A stretch of 64,000 nt of DNA from Bacillota bacterium (GCA_023411715.1 JAEYOM010000201.1:3370-67369); one strand, 5' to 3'. Counted from the first letter of the stretch, positions 9,943 through 21,503 are shown. Notes: generated by a model not told the origin, from the letters alone. A program made the numbers and translations.

Positions 9943-11049
9943 TTGCAGATAAGGAATCTCAAATTAAAGAATTTCAGAAATTACGATCGTCTGGATATGG
10001 ATTTTTCCGACTCGTTCAATATAATATACGGCAATAATGCGCAGGGCAAGACCAACATAATAGAAGCCGTATTTTTATGTGCTTCCGGCCGTTCTCACAG
10101 AACTTCGAAGGATCAGGAGCTATTAAAAAGCGGTGAGCCGGAATTTGAAATAAGGCTCCAGTTCGTAAAAGAAACTATAAACGAAGAGATCAGAATCAAT
10201 TTCAATAATGAAGAGCGGAAGAAAATCAAAATAAACGATATTCCGGTGAAAAAAATGGGTGACTTGATGGGCCATCTCAATGCAGTAATATTTTCACCTG
10301 AGGATCTCTTCATAATAAAGCAGGGTCCGGCTGAAAGAAGGAGATTTATAGATATTACTCTAAGTCAGCTAAGACCCTCTTATTTCTATGACCTTCAGCA
10401 GTACGCGAAGATACTTTTTCAGAGAAATAGCCTTCTCAAGAGAATAACAGTGCAGAGAAATCTCGAAGATACGCTGGAGGTTTGGAACAAGCACCTTGTA
10501 AAGACAGGATCACGAATAGTAAAAGCCAGAAGGAAATTCATAGGGGATCTTTGCGGGTTCGCATCAGCCAGACATGAAAAGCTTACAAATCATGAAGAAA
10601 AATTGCAGCTTAAATATAGCCCGTCTTTTGAATTATTCGACGAAAGTAAAGACGAAGAAATTGAAAAAATCTTTTATGATACGGTTGAAAGAAACAAAGA
10701 TAACGAGATCCGTAGAGGTACAACTGTTGTGGGACCTCACAGGGATGATATAGATATAATATTGAATGGTGAAAGTACAAAGGTTTATGGATCACAGGGG
10801 CAGCAAAGAACTGCGGTGCTTTCAATGAAGCTTGCAGAGATCGATCTTATGAAGGAAGAAAGCGGGGATTTTCCTGTACTATTACTGGATGATGTCCTGT
10901 CGGAGCTAGATGACAGGAGAAAAGAATATCTTCTCGAAAATATATCCGGTTTGCAGACCTTCATAACGTGCACGGATCTTAATTTTTATAGAATGGAAGG
11001 TCCTGCTGCATCTATATTTCATATCGATAACGGCAGTATTTTAAAATAA
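9943..11049 (+). CDS. recF: DNA replication and repair protein RecF
   Basis: 368 aa with a TTG start after a GGAGGAAAG RBS. The P-loop is GNNAQGKTNIIEAV and an SMC-like signature lies near the C-terminus (LLLDDVLSELD). Confidence 0.93.
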   Translation: MQIRNLKLKNFRNYDRLDMDFSDSFNIIYGNNAQGKTNIIEAVFLCASGRSHRTSKDQELLKSGEPEFEIRLQFVKETINEEIRINFNNEERKKIKINDIPVKKMGDLMGHLNAVIFSPEDLFIIKQGPAERRRFIDITLSQLRPSYFYDLQQYAKILFQRNSLLKRITVQRNLEDTLEVWNKHLVKTGSRIVKARRKFIGDLCGFASARHEKLTNHEEKLQLKYSPSFELFDESKDEEIEKIFYDTVERNKDNEIRRGTTVVGPHRDDIDIILNGESTKVYGSQGQQRTAVLSMKLAEIDLMKEESGDFPVLLLDDVLSELDDRRKEYLLENISGLQTFITCTDLNFYRMEGPAASIFHIDNGSILK

Positions 11050-11147
11050 AAATGATATAAAATATTAAAAGAAACAAATGGCAATCATTTGCACTGTAAT
11101 ATTATTTACGATAGAATATATAGTACAAATGAAGACGGAGGATTCAT

Positions 11148-13381
<2,234 letters not shown>

Positions 13382-13454
13382 TCAGTCAACATATTTACAA
13401 GAACGTAATCGAACCGCAAGGTGATAAAAGCGTTAATTAAAGTAAATTGTTTTA

Positions 13455-13470
13455 TGTTTCACGTGAAACA
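13455..13470. promoter_or_regulatory. parS: parS centromere-like site (perfect TGTTTCACGTGAAACA)
   Basis: An exact 16-bp palindrome matching the Firmicute parS consensus TGTTNCACGTGAAACA. It lies about 300 bp upstream of parA. Confidence 0.9.
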
Positions 13471-13500
13471 TTATCCTGTAACATAGAAATTGTGCGGTTG

Positions 13501-13528
13501 GGAGGCTGATCAGCCTCCTTTGTCTTTC
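13501..13528 (+). terminator. Rho-independent terminator after gyrB
   Basis: Stem GGAGGCT / loop GATC / stem AGCCTCC, followed by TTTGTCTTTC. Confidence 0.55.
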
Positions 13529-13768
13529 ATTTACTTTATTTTAATAATGCTGATATATCTTGTGATACTTGCCGGATTTTTAAATATAATATTAGGCAAG
13601 CAAATATACAGTGATAATCGATATCAGGTATCAATTGTCCGGTGATATTTGACGATTAAATATCACGTGTTGCATTTTATCACTTTATGTTATAATTAGA
13701 ACGAGTTTATCAGATTGGCGAAAAACTTGTTGTTTTTCTATTTTATTGTAATGTTAGGAGTGAATCTT

Positions 13769-14545
13769 TTGGCCAAGGTAATCGCGATAGCTAACCAGAA
13801 AGGCGGAGTAGGTAAAACTACGACTGCGGTAAATTTGAGTTCCTGCCTTGCATACAAGGGTAAGAAAGTTGTGATTATCGATATCGACCCTCAGGGGAAT
13901 ACTACAAGCGGACTTGGGATCGATAAAAAGGTCATAGACAAATCCATCTACGAAGTTATCATAAACGATGTAAATATTGAAAATGCTCTTATGAAAACAG
14001 CTGTCGATAATCTTTACATTTGTCCTTCAAATATTCAGCTTGTTGGCGCTGAAGTTGAGCTTGTATCTGTAATATCAAGAGAAACCAGGATGAAGGTGGC
14101 TATTGAAGAAATACGAAAAAAGTATGATTATATACTTATCGACTGCCCGCCATCATTAGGCCTTCTTACCTTGAACGCATTGACAGCGGCGGATACGATA
14201 CTCGTACCGATACAATGTGAGTATTATGCACTTGAAGGGCTGAGCCAGCTTATGAATACCGTTAAACTGGTGCAAAGGCATCTGAATCCTTCACTGGACG
14301 TAGAAGGTGTCGTACTTACGATGTTCGATGCGCGTACAAATCTTTCTATTCAGGTAGTCGAAGACGTAAAAAAATATTTCAGAAACAAGGTATACCGGAC
14401 GGTTATTCCAAGGAATGTTCGCCTGAGCGAAGCGCCAAGCTTCGGCATGCCTATCATACTGTACGATCCGAAATCGAAAGGGGCCGAATGTTATCTTGAG
14501 TTAGCCCAGGAAGTTATAGATTACTCGACGGAGGCAGGCAGGTAA
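13769..14545 (+). CDS. parA: Chromosome partitioning ATPase ParA/Soj
   Basis: It has the deviant Walker A motif KGGVGKTT. I prefer the TTG start at 13769, after GGAG at 13757-13760; the ORF track extends upstream to 13715. Confidence 0.93.
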   Translation: MAKVIAIANQKGGVGKTTTAVNLSSCLAYKGKKVVIIDIDPQGNTTSGLGIDKKVIDKSIYEVIINDVNIENALMKTAVDNLYICPSNIQLVGAEVELVSVISRETRMKVAIEEIRKKYDYILIDCPPSLGLLTLNALTAADTILVPIQCEYYALEGLSQLMNTVKLVQRHLNPSLDVEGVVLTMFDARTNLSIQVVEDVKKYFRNKVYRTVIPRNVRLSEAPSFGMPIILYDPKSKGAECYLELAQEVIDYSTEAGR

Positions 14546-14546
14546 T

Positions 14547-15398
14547 ATGAAAAAGGGATTGGGAAAAGGGCTCGGAGCACTTATTACATCTGTAGAGACG
14601 GATGATACCGGCGTAAGAGAATTAAGAGTCACTGATATAGAACCAAACAGTAGCCAGCCGAGAAAGTATTTCAATGATGAAAAACTCTCACAGCTTGCAG
14701 AATCGATAAAACAGCATGGCGTTGTACAACCGCTTATTGTCCAGCGTGATGGAGATACTTATAAGATAGTAGCCGGCGAAAGGCGCTGGCGCGCTTCGAG
14801 ACTTGCCGGACTGCAGACTGTGCCCGCCATTGTCAGAGATCTTTCGAATAAACAGGTAATGGAGATCGCATTGATTGAAAACCTGCAGCGCGAAGACCTC
14901 AATCCTATTGAAGAGGCGGAGGCTTACGACAAACTTATCAACGACTTTGAGATGACGCAGGAGGAAATTTCGGCGACAGTCGGAAAAAGCAGACCTGCTA
15001 TCGCCAATTCACTGAGATTGCTATCTCTTCAGGAAAAAATAAAAACAAAGCTGATAGATGGTGAGATTACCAGTGGCCATGCTAGAGCAGTATTATCGTT
15101 GAACGATACCACGCTACAAATGAAAGCAGTCGAAGAGGTTATAAAAAAGGAACTAAATGTGCGTGACACCGAACTTTTGGTGAAGCGCCTTACCAAGCAG
15201 AAAACAATAAAAAAGACAGAAGCGACTGATGTGGAATATCGTGCGATTGAAGAAAGATTCAGAGACGTGTTTGGCACTAAGGTCAAAATAATGAATAATA
15301 GAAAAAACGGGAAGATACTGATCGAGTACTACTCATTGGACGAGCTGGACAGGATCATCACATTGGTGGAAAAAATAGATAAAAACAGCCATAAATAG
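14547..15398 (+). CDS. parB: Chromosome partitioning protein ParB/Spo0J
   Basis: 283 aa with the ParB box GERRWRASRLAG and an HTH. It begins 1 nt after the parA stop. Confidence 0.93.
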   Translation: MKKGLGKGLGALITSVETDDTGVRELRVTDIEPNSSQPRKYFNDEKLSQLAESIKQHGVVQPLIVQRDGDTYKIVAGERRWRASRLAGLQTVPAIVRDLSNKQVMEIALIENLQREDLNPIEEAEAYDKLINDFEMTQEEISATVGKSRPAIANSLRLLSLQEKIKTKLIDGEITSGHARAVLSLNDTTLQMKAVEEVIKKELNVRDTELLVKRLTKQKTIKKTEATDVEYRAIEERFRDVFGTKVKIMNNRKNGKILIEYYSLDELDRIITLVEKIDKNSHK

Positions 15399-15522
15399 CC
15401 ACCTCACAGAATGGCATTCAAGACGCTATTTGACATAAGGCAATATGATATCATAAATAGATGGTCATGGCGCTTGAAAAAGAAAATAGACCTGCCTATG
15501 AACGTGGAACTAAAATGATAAA

Positions 15523-15538
15523 TGTTTCACGTGAAACA
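15523..15538. promoter_or_regulatory. parS: parS centromere-like site (perfect TGTTTCACGTGAAACA)
   Basis: A second exact copy, 125 bp downstream of parB and 50 bp upstream of the DUF4446 gene. Confidence 0.9.
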
Positions 15539-15587
15539 AAGTCTAAGGATAAAGGATATAAGAGGTTTTTAATAAGGAGAATCTATT

Positions 15588-16106
15588 ATGGAAGAGTTGC
15601 TTGGAATTTCATACCAATGGCTAATATTGATCGGGGTCAATTTCTTTATAATATTGTTACTTTTTATCATGAATCTTGCGAACAGATCAAATATCAAGAA
15701 GTTAAAATCCAAGTATAATAAGTTTATGAACGGTTCGAGCGGGGCAAGTATAGAAGATGTGCTAAACGACTGCATCGAAAAGGCGAACGCCGTAGCCGAC
15801 AAGAACAAGGATATTGAATATCAGTTGAACACCGTAAGAAGGAACATGTATTACTGCGTACAGAAAGTCGGGGTCATACGTTACAATGCTTTCGATAATG
15901 TTGGCAGCGACCTCAGTTTTTCAATTGCGATACTTGATAATAACGATGATGGCTTTGTCCTGAGCAGTTTGTACTCAAGGGACAGTTCCTCTACATACGC
16001 GAAGCCTGTTACGGGCGGCAAGTCAAAGTATGCGCTATCGGCCGAGGAAATTAAAGCTGTTGATACAGCAAGAAAGACGCACATGTCCAACAGTTATTCC
16101 GAGTGA
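15588..16106 (+). CDS. DUF4446 family membrane-anchored protein
   Basis: 172 aa with an N-terminal TM segment and the conserved core VIRYNAFDNVGSDLSFSIAILD...YAKPV..GKSKYALSAEE. Proteins of this family are commonly encoded after parB in Firmicutes. Confidence 0.85.
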   Translation: MEELLGISYQWLILIGVNFFIILLLFIMNLANRSNIKKLKSKYNKFMNGSSGASIEDVLNDCIEKANAVADKNKDIEYQLNTVRRNMYYCVQKVGVIRYNAFDNVGSDLSFSIAILDNNDDGFVLSSLYSRDSSSTYAKPVTGGKSKYALSAEEIKAVDTARKTHMSNSYSE

Positions 16107-16135
16107 TCGAAAAAGGTTTCTTAGGGGATGAAAAA

Positions 16136-16864
16136 ATGAGTGAGAATAGAAAATCAAATGTATGGCTCTATGCTGTCATACTTTTTACCAGCGCTTTTAT
16201 TGTGCTTGTATTTGCCGGACTAAGTCAGATCAAAATGAATAAAAATCTTAGTGATTACAGGAGCCAGGTTTACAACACAGAAAATGAGAAGAATAAATAT
16301 CAGCAGAATTTCTCCAGCGCCCAGGAAATGAACCAAAAACTGAATGATCAAATAAGCGCGCTGGAAGATGAGATATTTGCATTAAACAACATGATCAGCA
16401 GTTTAAATAATGAAAATTCTGTTCAGAATGAAGTAATACAGAAGAAGAGCGAAGCTGAAGAAAACTTTCACAGGGTACTGTCGGAATATCTGAAGGGAAA
16501 CGTAACTGTAGCTGCCGGAATGCTTGCATCGGTAGATTCCAGCTTGTTTACCGGTAAGGACCTGGAGGCATTTAATGCTTTGGATATTAAAGTCAGGAGC
16601 GAAGCCGGCAAGATATTGTACGACGAGGGGTATAAATTGTACAAGCAGGCAAAATACTCGGAAGCAGCTGTAAAGCTTGGCCTATCCTTCGGATATGCAA
16701 AAAAGGAAGTCTTTTCGGATAATTGTCTTTTTTACCTAGCCTGGGCCGAGAAGAAGACCGGCAATAAAGCAGCTGCTGTAAATCACATGAGACAGCTGGT
16801 ACAGGCATACCCTGAAAGCGGCTATTTAAAAGGCGCAAAAAGTTTTATAAATAGATATAGTTAA
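16136..16864 (+). CDS. Bitopic membrane protein with a coiled coil and a C-terminal TPR/YbgF-like region
   Basis: It has one TM (VWLYAVILFTSAFIVLVFAGL), a Q/N/E-rich heptad region, and a TPR-like C-terminus (YKQAKYSEAAVKLG...LFYLAWAEKKTGNKAAAVNHMRQLVQAYPES). I placed the start at the ATG after AGGGGATG; the ORF-track start at 16103 overlaps the upstream gene. Confidence 0.6.
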   Translation: MSENRKSNVWLYAVILFTSAFIVLVFAGLSQIKMNKNLSDYRSQVYNTENEKNKYQQNFSSAQEMNQKLNDQISALEDEIFALNNMISSLNNENSVQNEVIQKKSEAEENFHRVLSEYLKGNVTVAAGMLASVDSSLFTGKDLEAFNALDIKVRSEAGKILYDEGYKLYKQAKYSEAAVKLGLSFGYAKKEVFSDNCLFYLAWAEKKTGNKAAAVNHMRQLVQAYPESGYLKGAKSFINRYS

Positions 16865-16935
16865 GAGGAACTTGTACAAAAGAATACTTATTTAATTTTA
16901 CCATTAAAGTGACTGCAATTAACGGAGAGATATAA

Positions 16936-17380
16936 ATGTTGGATATAAAACAATTACGCAGTAATCCTGAGCTTTTGCAGAGGGCATAGGTCAAAAGCAA
17001 AGGCAAAGTTTGGCACCGATGGATTTATGGCTTTGGACGTAAAAAGGCGCGAGCTGATTTATAAAACAGAACAGATGAAGAGCAAGCAGAACGCAGACTC
17101 AAAGCTGATAACGCAGTATAAAAAGGAAGGTAAAGACGTTGCCGCTCTCATGGAGGAGATGAAAGTCCTTTCGAGTGAAGTTACGGAACTCGATCAGCAG
17201 ATAAAGGAAGTTGATGATCAGATTACCGCGCTCCTTATGACGATGCCGAACATTCCCAATGAAAGTGTTCCGGCCGGAGACAGCGACGCAGACAACCAGG
17301 AGATCAGGAAATGGGGTACTCCGGTCAAATTTGATTTCGAACCCAAGGCTCACTGGGATATAGGCGAAGCATTGGATATC
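16936..17380 (+). pseudogene. serS: Seryl-tRNA synthetase remnant (N-terminal tRNA-binding arm only, with an internal stop and a frameshift)
   Basis: The ATG at 16936 gives [17 protein letters not shown], then a TAG at 16987-16989. Homology resumes in a different frame from about 17027 ([20 protein letters not shown] ... [10 protein letters not shown] ... RKWG ... [12 protein letters not shown]) and stops at 17380. The whole class II catalytic core is absent. Confidence 0.8.
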
Positions 17381-17440
17381 CGGCCCGATCTAAGCTATGA
17401 TGCAAGCTATGGTGCCCCAGAATGTTACAGAATCAAGGTG

Positions 17441-17469
17441 TTGACAAAGCAGCAGGCATATAGTAGAAT
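17441..17469 (+). promoter_or_regulatory. Sigma-A type promoter for the tRNA-Ser pair
   Basis: TTGACA (17441-17446), a 17-nt spacer, then TAGAAT (17464-17469). It lies 25 nt upstream of the first tRNA. Confidence 0.6.
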
Positions 17470-17494
17470 ATAGTACGTCGCTCGATTAAGGCAT

Positions 17495-17585
17495 GGAGAG
17501 ATGGTCGAGTTGGTTTAAGGCACCGGTCTTGAAAACCGGCGTAGTCGCGAGGCTACCGTGAGTTCGAATCTCACTCTCTCCGCCA
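17495..17585 (+). tRNA. tRNA-Ser (anticodon TGA), CCA encoded
   Basis: 91 nt. The acceptor stem GGAGAGA pairs with TCTCTCC. The anticodon loop is CT-TGA-AA. It has a long variable arm, the T-loop GTTCGAATC, and a 3' GCCA. Confidence 0.93.
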
Positions 17586-17627
17586 CAGCAATACAAACAA
17601 TATTATATTTTTTGATATTTCGAACTT

Positions 17628-17719
17628 GGAGAAGTACCCAAGCAGGTCGAAGGGGACGGTTTGCTAAACCGTTAGTAGGGGCAACTCTAGCTGGGGTTCG
17701 AATCCCCACTTCTCCGCCA
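17628..17719 (+). tRNA. tRNA-Ser (anticodon GCT), CCA encoded
   Basis: 92 nt. The acceptor stem GGAGAAG pairs with CTTCTCC. The anticodon loop is TT-GCT-AA. It has a long variable arm, the T-loop GTTCGAATC, and a 3' GCCA. Confidence 0.93.
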
Positions 17720-17727
17720 CAATTTGT

Positions 17728-17757
17728 CTGAAAAGCCTTGCATAGCAAGGCTTTTCA
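17728..17757 (+). terminator. Terminator after the tRNA-Ser pair
   Basis: Stem CTGAAAAGCCTTGC / loop ATA / stem GCAAGGCTTTTCAG. Confidence 0.6.
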
Positions 17758-17945
17758 GTATTTCCACCCAGAAATTCCAATGCGTTTGCGCCATGTGTAT
17801 ATAAAACAGTGCCTCGGAATCATTTTCCTCGCATCTATTAAACAAATCGTTAAAGTGTTAAGCACATCGTTAAAATGTATATAAAACTACTATCAAAATT
17901 TGTATTCTATAATGTAATGCTAGAAGTTTTACAGGGGGTATTATA

Positions 17946-19418
17946 ATGCAAAAAATATCGGTTGATTTACTTGAGCCTGCAATCGCATTTGACAGAAGCT
18001 TTCAAAAATGCATAGGATCATGCCATGCTTACCTCGCACTAAGGGAGGACTACAGGGAACACCTTCGCAAGATACAAAAGGAGATAGGCTTTAAATATAT
18101 ACGATTTCACGGGGTTTTATGCGATGGTGTTGGTATCTATAATGAAGATCAGGAAGGAAAGCCTTATTTTAATTTTCAGAATCTCGATAAAATATATGAC
18201 TTTCTTCTTGATAATGATATCAAACCTTTTGTCGAGTTTGGTTTCATGCCTGAACAGCTTGCAAGCGGCCAGCAATATTGCTTTAAATATAAAGGTTACA
18301 TAAGTCCGCCTAAGGATTATGGCAAGTGGAACAGTCTGATAAATGCCTTTGTTCGGCACTGTATTGAAAGATATGGCCTGGAGGAGGTAATTACCTGGCG
18401 CTTCGAGGTATGGAACGAACCCAATCTCGATTATTTTTGGGCCGGCAGCATGGAGGACTATTTTGCTTTGTACAGTAATACCGCAGATACAGTTAAAAGA
18501 ATAGATAAAAGGCTGAAGGTCGGAGGTCCGGCAACTGCGGGAAATGCCTGGATACAGGAGATAATCGATTTCTGCGCAAAAGAAAATACACCCTTGGATT
18601 TTATTTCATCACATCACTACAGCGCTGATGCAGTGTTGGATTTAAACGGGAATAAAACCGCGGTATTCACACCTCAGAATCTTTTTACAAAAACCATTAA
18701 AGAAAATACTGTTGATAAGGTCCGCAATTCAATATTTAATAAGGCTGAAATACATTATACCGAATGGAATGCCACCCCGGTACACGAGGATGTGTATGGT
18801 AAGGATTCCGAATTCAATCCTGTTTTTGTCCTTCAGACTATTAAAGATGCAGCTGGGCTGCTGGATTCATTTTCATACTGGACTTTCTCGGATATATTCG
18901 AGGAATCAGGTCCGGGCCTGACGCCTTTTAGCGGTAAATACGGCCTCTTAAACTTACATGGTATTAAAAAACCGGTATACCATGCATTTAAATTTTTATC
19001 GGATATGTACGATAATGAAATTCCCACGTATGCCGATTCTGTTCGTATTACGAAATCTTTATACGGTGAATATAAAATACTGACATGGAACATGCCCGAA
19101 GTGGAAACATCGGACTTAACCGGCGGGGAGTGGAAGTTAAAGGAAAAAAAGTATGATGAAGTGATCCGTTTGAAAAATATCAACGGAACATATAGAGTCA
19201 AAGGATATTTGGTAAACAGGGATAATGGCAACTCCTTCAGAAAGTGGCAGGAGATGGGTTCGCCGCAATATCTGGGTAAATATGATATTGAAGCATTAAA
19301 AAAAGTATCGGAACCTTTATGCTTTGTGGATAAGATCGAGACTTGCGAGGGCGCTCTTGACTTATGCCATACATTGAGTGAATGCTCTTTTATTTACTAC
19401 ACTATTGAAACAGTATAA
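17946..19418 (+). CDS. Glycoside hydrolase family 39 (beta-xylosidase-like)
   Basis: 490 aa. From memory it is collinear with GH39 XynB: FKYIRFHGVLCD, PFVEFGFMP, PPKDYGKW, EVWNEPN (acid/base Glu), IHYTEWN (nucleophile Glu) and SFSYWTFSDIFEE. Confidence 0.85.
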   Translation: MQKISVDLLEPAIAFDRSFQKCIGSCHAYLALREDYREHLRKIQKEIGFKYIRFHGVLCDGVGIYNEDQEGKPYFNFQNLDKIYDFLLDNDIKPFVEFGFMPEQLASGQQYCFKYKGYISPPKDYGKWNSLINAFVRHCIERYGLEEVITWRFEVWNEPNLDYFWAGSMEDYFALYSNTADTVKRIDKRLKVGGPATAGNAWIQEIIDFCAKENTPLDFISSHHYSADAVLDLNGNKTAVFTPQNLFTKTIKENTVDKVRNSIFNKAEIHYTEWNATPVHEDVYGKDSEFNPVFVLQTIKDAAGLLDSFSYWTFSDIFEESGPGLTPFSGKYGLLNLHGIKKPVYHAFKFLSDMYDNEIPTYADSVRITKSLYGEYKILTWNMPEVETSDLTGGEWKLKEKKYDEVIRLKNINGTYRVKGYLVNRDNGNSFRKWQEMGSPQYLGKYDIEALKKVSEPLCFVDKIETCEGALDLCHTLSECSFIYYTIETV

Positions 19419-19506
19419 GCATTTCCGACTTTGCATTTTCTGTGATTGAATTCTAGAGTTATCTGGAATGCTCCAGAAATACCTTATTAATGGAGAAGGC
19501 GACAGG

Positions 19507-20838
19507 ATGACTAAATGCGAGCTTAAAAAGGAAGTATGCACGGCTATTGATGATCACAGGGAAGACATACTCAGTATAGGAAGATCGGTTTTTTTAAATC
19601 CGGAAATGGGATATAAGGAGTACAGAACGTCGGAGCTGGTAAAGAACGTCTTTTCCCTGTTATCCATTGAATATTGTGACGGCTTGGCCATAACTGGAGT
19701 GAAAGCTACTCTGAAAGGCAGGAATAACCTATGTAAAGCGGCGGTTCTGGGTGAAATGGATGCGATACTATGCCCCATGCACCCTAGATCTGATAAAATA
19801 ACAGGCGCAGCCCATGCCTGTGGGCATAATGCCCAGATCGCCGCCATGCTGGGAGTAGCCATGGGGTTTGTAAAAAGCGGAGGGATGAAGTACCTTGACG
19901 GTGACATCTCCTTTATGGCTGTTCCCGCTGAAGAATTTGCAGAGCTTGAATTCAGACAGGGGCTGAAGGAAAGCGGAAAGATAGGCTTTTTAGGCGGGAA
20001 GCAGGAACTAATCCGGCTGGGAGCATTTGACGATATCGATATGGCAATGATGGTTCACTGCCAGGCGGATACCCCTGCATGTAACGTGTTTATACATGGA
20101 AGGAGCACTGGTTTTATTGGTAAAATGGTCCGGATCATAGGCAAGGAAGCTCATGCGGGAGCAGCGCCCCATGAAGGGGTCAACGCGCTGAATGCAGCCA
20201 TGGCTGCACTCATGTGCATCAATGCTCAGCGGGAAACCTTCAGGGATGAAGATCATATACGGGTTCACCCAATTATCACTAAGGGCGGGGATCTGGTGAA
20301 CATTGTACCGGCGGATGTAAGAATGGAGACCTATGTGAGGGGAAAAAGCATTGATGCGGTGCTCGATGCCAACAGAAAAGTTAACATGGCCATCCGGGGC
20401 GGTGTATATGCGATAGGAGCAGAGGCGGAAATAACGGAGCTGCCGGGCTATCTTCCGCTAAATCAGGATTCCGGCATGGGGGAGTTTTTTAAAAGCAATG
20501 TGGCGGAACTGGAAGGGGTCGGGAGTATTGAGGAAGGCATTGATATGTTTGGGTCTACGGACATCGGGGATCTGAGCAGTATCATTCCTGTAATACAGCC
20601 GACCATGGGCGGATACAAAGGGCAGGCCCACAGCCGTGATTTTCAGATTGCGAATGAAGAAGCCGCTTATATTTTACCGGCTAAAGCAATGGCTATGACA
20701 ATTATTGATCTTTTGTGGAACGGGGCGGAGGAAGCGGTAAAAATAAAGCAGAGTTATCAACCGCAATTTACTAGGGAAACCTACTTGAATTTGTGGGAAA
20801 GACTGATCGGGAGCGAAAAACCGGAGGGAATACATTGA
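19507..20838 (+). CDS. M20 family amidohydrolase (aminoacylase/peptidase-like)
   Basis: It has the metal-binding motif AHACGHNAQIA and a dimerisation-domain layout typical of M20D. I placed the start at the ATG after GGAGAAGG; the ORF-track start is 19468. Confidence 0.85.
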   Translation: MTKCELKKEVCTAIDDHREDILSIGRSVFLNPEMGYKEYRTSELVKNVFSLLSIEYCDGLAITGVKATLKGRNNLCKAAVLGEMDAILCPMHPRSDKITGAAHACGHNAQIAAMLGVAMGFVKSGGMKYLDGDISFMAVPAEEFAELEFRQGLKESGKIGFLGGKQELIRLGAFDDIDMAMMVHCQADTPACNVFIHGRSTGFIGKMVRIIGKEAHAGAAPHEGVNALNAAMAALMCINAQRETFRDEDHIRVHPIITKGGDLVNIVPADVRMETYVRGKSIDAVLDANRKVNMAIRGGVYAIGAEAEITELPGYLPLNQDSGMGEFFKSNVAELEGVGSIEEGIDMFGSTDIGDLSSIIPVIQPTMGGYKGQAHSRDFQIANEEAAYILPAKAMAMTIIDLLWNGAEEAVKIKQSYQPQFTRETYLNLWERLIGSEKPEGIH

Positions 20839-21503
20839 ACGTATTTGATATCATTGGTCCGATAATGGTGGGACCCTCCAGTTCCCATACCGCAGGAGCG
20901 GTAAGAATCGGAAAAGTAGCCAGGCTGATCCTTGAGGAGGAACCTGTGGAAGCGCAGATTCTCCTGTTCGGTTCATTCGCAAAGACATTCCGGGGGCACG
21001 GCACCGACCGTGCTTTGGTGGCTGGGCTGATGGGCTTCGGCGTTGACGATGCGCGTATTAAGAATAGTCTGGATACAGCTGAACAACGCGGAATAAAACT
21101 CAATTTTGAAACGGCCGACCTGGACCAGATACATTCCAATACCGTCTGCATCCGCGTCAGAGGACGGAGCGGCAAGGCTGTCACCGTCAAGGGGGCTTCC
21201 ATCGGAGGGGGCAATATTCTCATTACCGGAATAGATGAAATCAGTGTGGAGTTTTCCGGACAATATTACACATTGGTGGTCGTTCATAAGGACGAGCCTG
21301 GTATTATAGCTGCTGTTACCCTCATTCTTGCTTCTGTGAAAATAAACATCGCTTTTATCAAAGGGTATCGCACGCTCAAGGGAGACAAAGCAATTATGAT
21401 CATTGAAGCAGACCAGTCCATACCGGGGGAAATCACGGCTGAAATAAAGCGAATACATAAAGTCTCAACAGCCATAGTAATAGAGCCTGTAGCAGGAGAA
21501 TGA
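20835..21503 (+). CDS. sdaAB: L-serine dehydratase, iron-sulfur dependent, beta subunit
   Basis: It reads NVFDIIGPIMVGPSSSHTAGAVRIG and has a C-terminal ACT domain. The TTG start follows GGAGGGA and overlaps the upstream stop (ATTGA). Confidence 0.92.
   Translation: MNVFDIIGPIMVGPSSSHTAGAVRIGKVARLILEEEPVEAQILLFGSFAKTFRGHGTDRALVAGLMGFGVDDARIKNSLDTAEQRGIKLNFETADLDQIHSNTVCIRVRGRSGKAVTVKGASIGGGNILITGIDEISVEFSGQYYTLVVVHKDEPGIIAAVTLILASVKINIAFIKGYRTLKGDKAIMIIEADQSIPGEITAEIKRIHKVSTAIVIEPVAGE

Noticed and set aside
15461-15718. An 85-aa plus-strand ORF between parB and the DUF4446 gene
   Set aside because: It contains the parS palindrome, overlaps the well-supported DUF4446 start out of frame, and has no RBS.
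17515-17748. A 77-aa minus-strand ORF
   Set aside because: It lies entirely antisense to the two tRNA-Ser genes.
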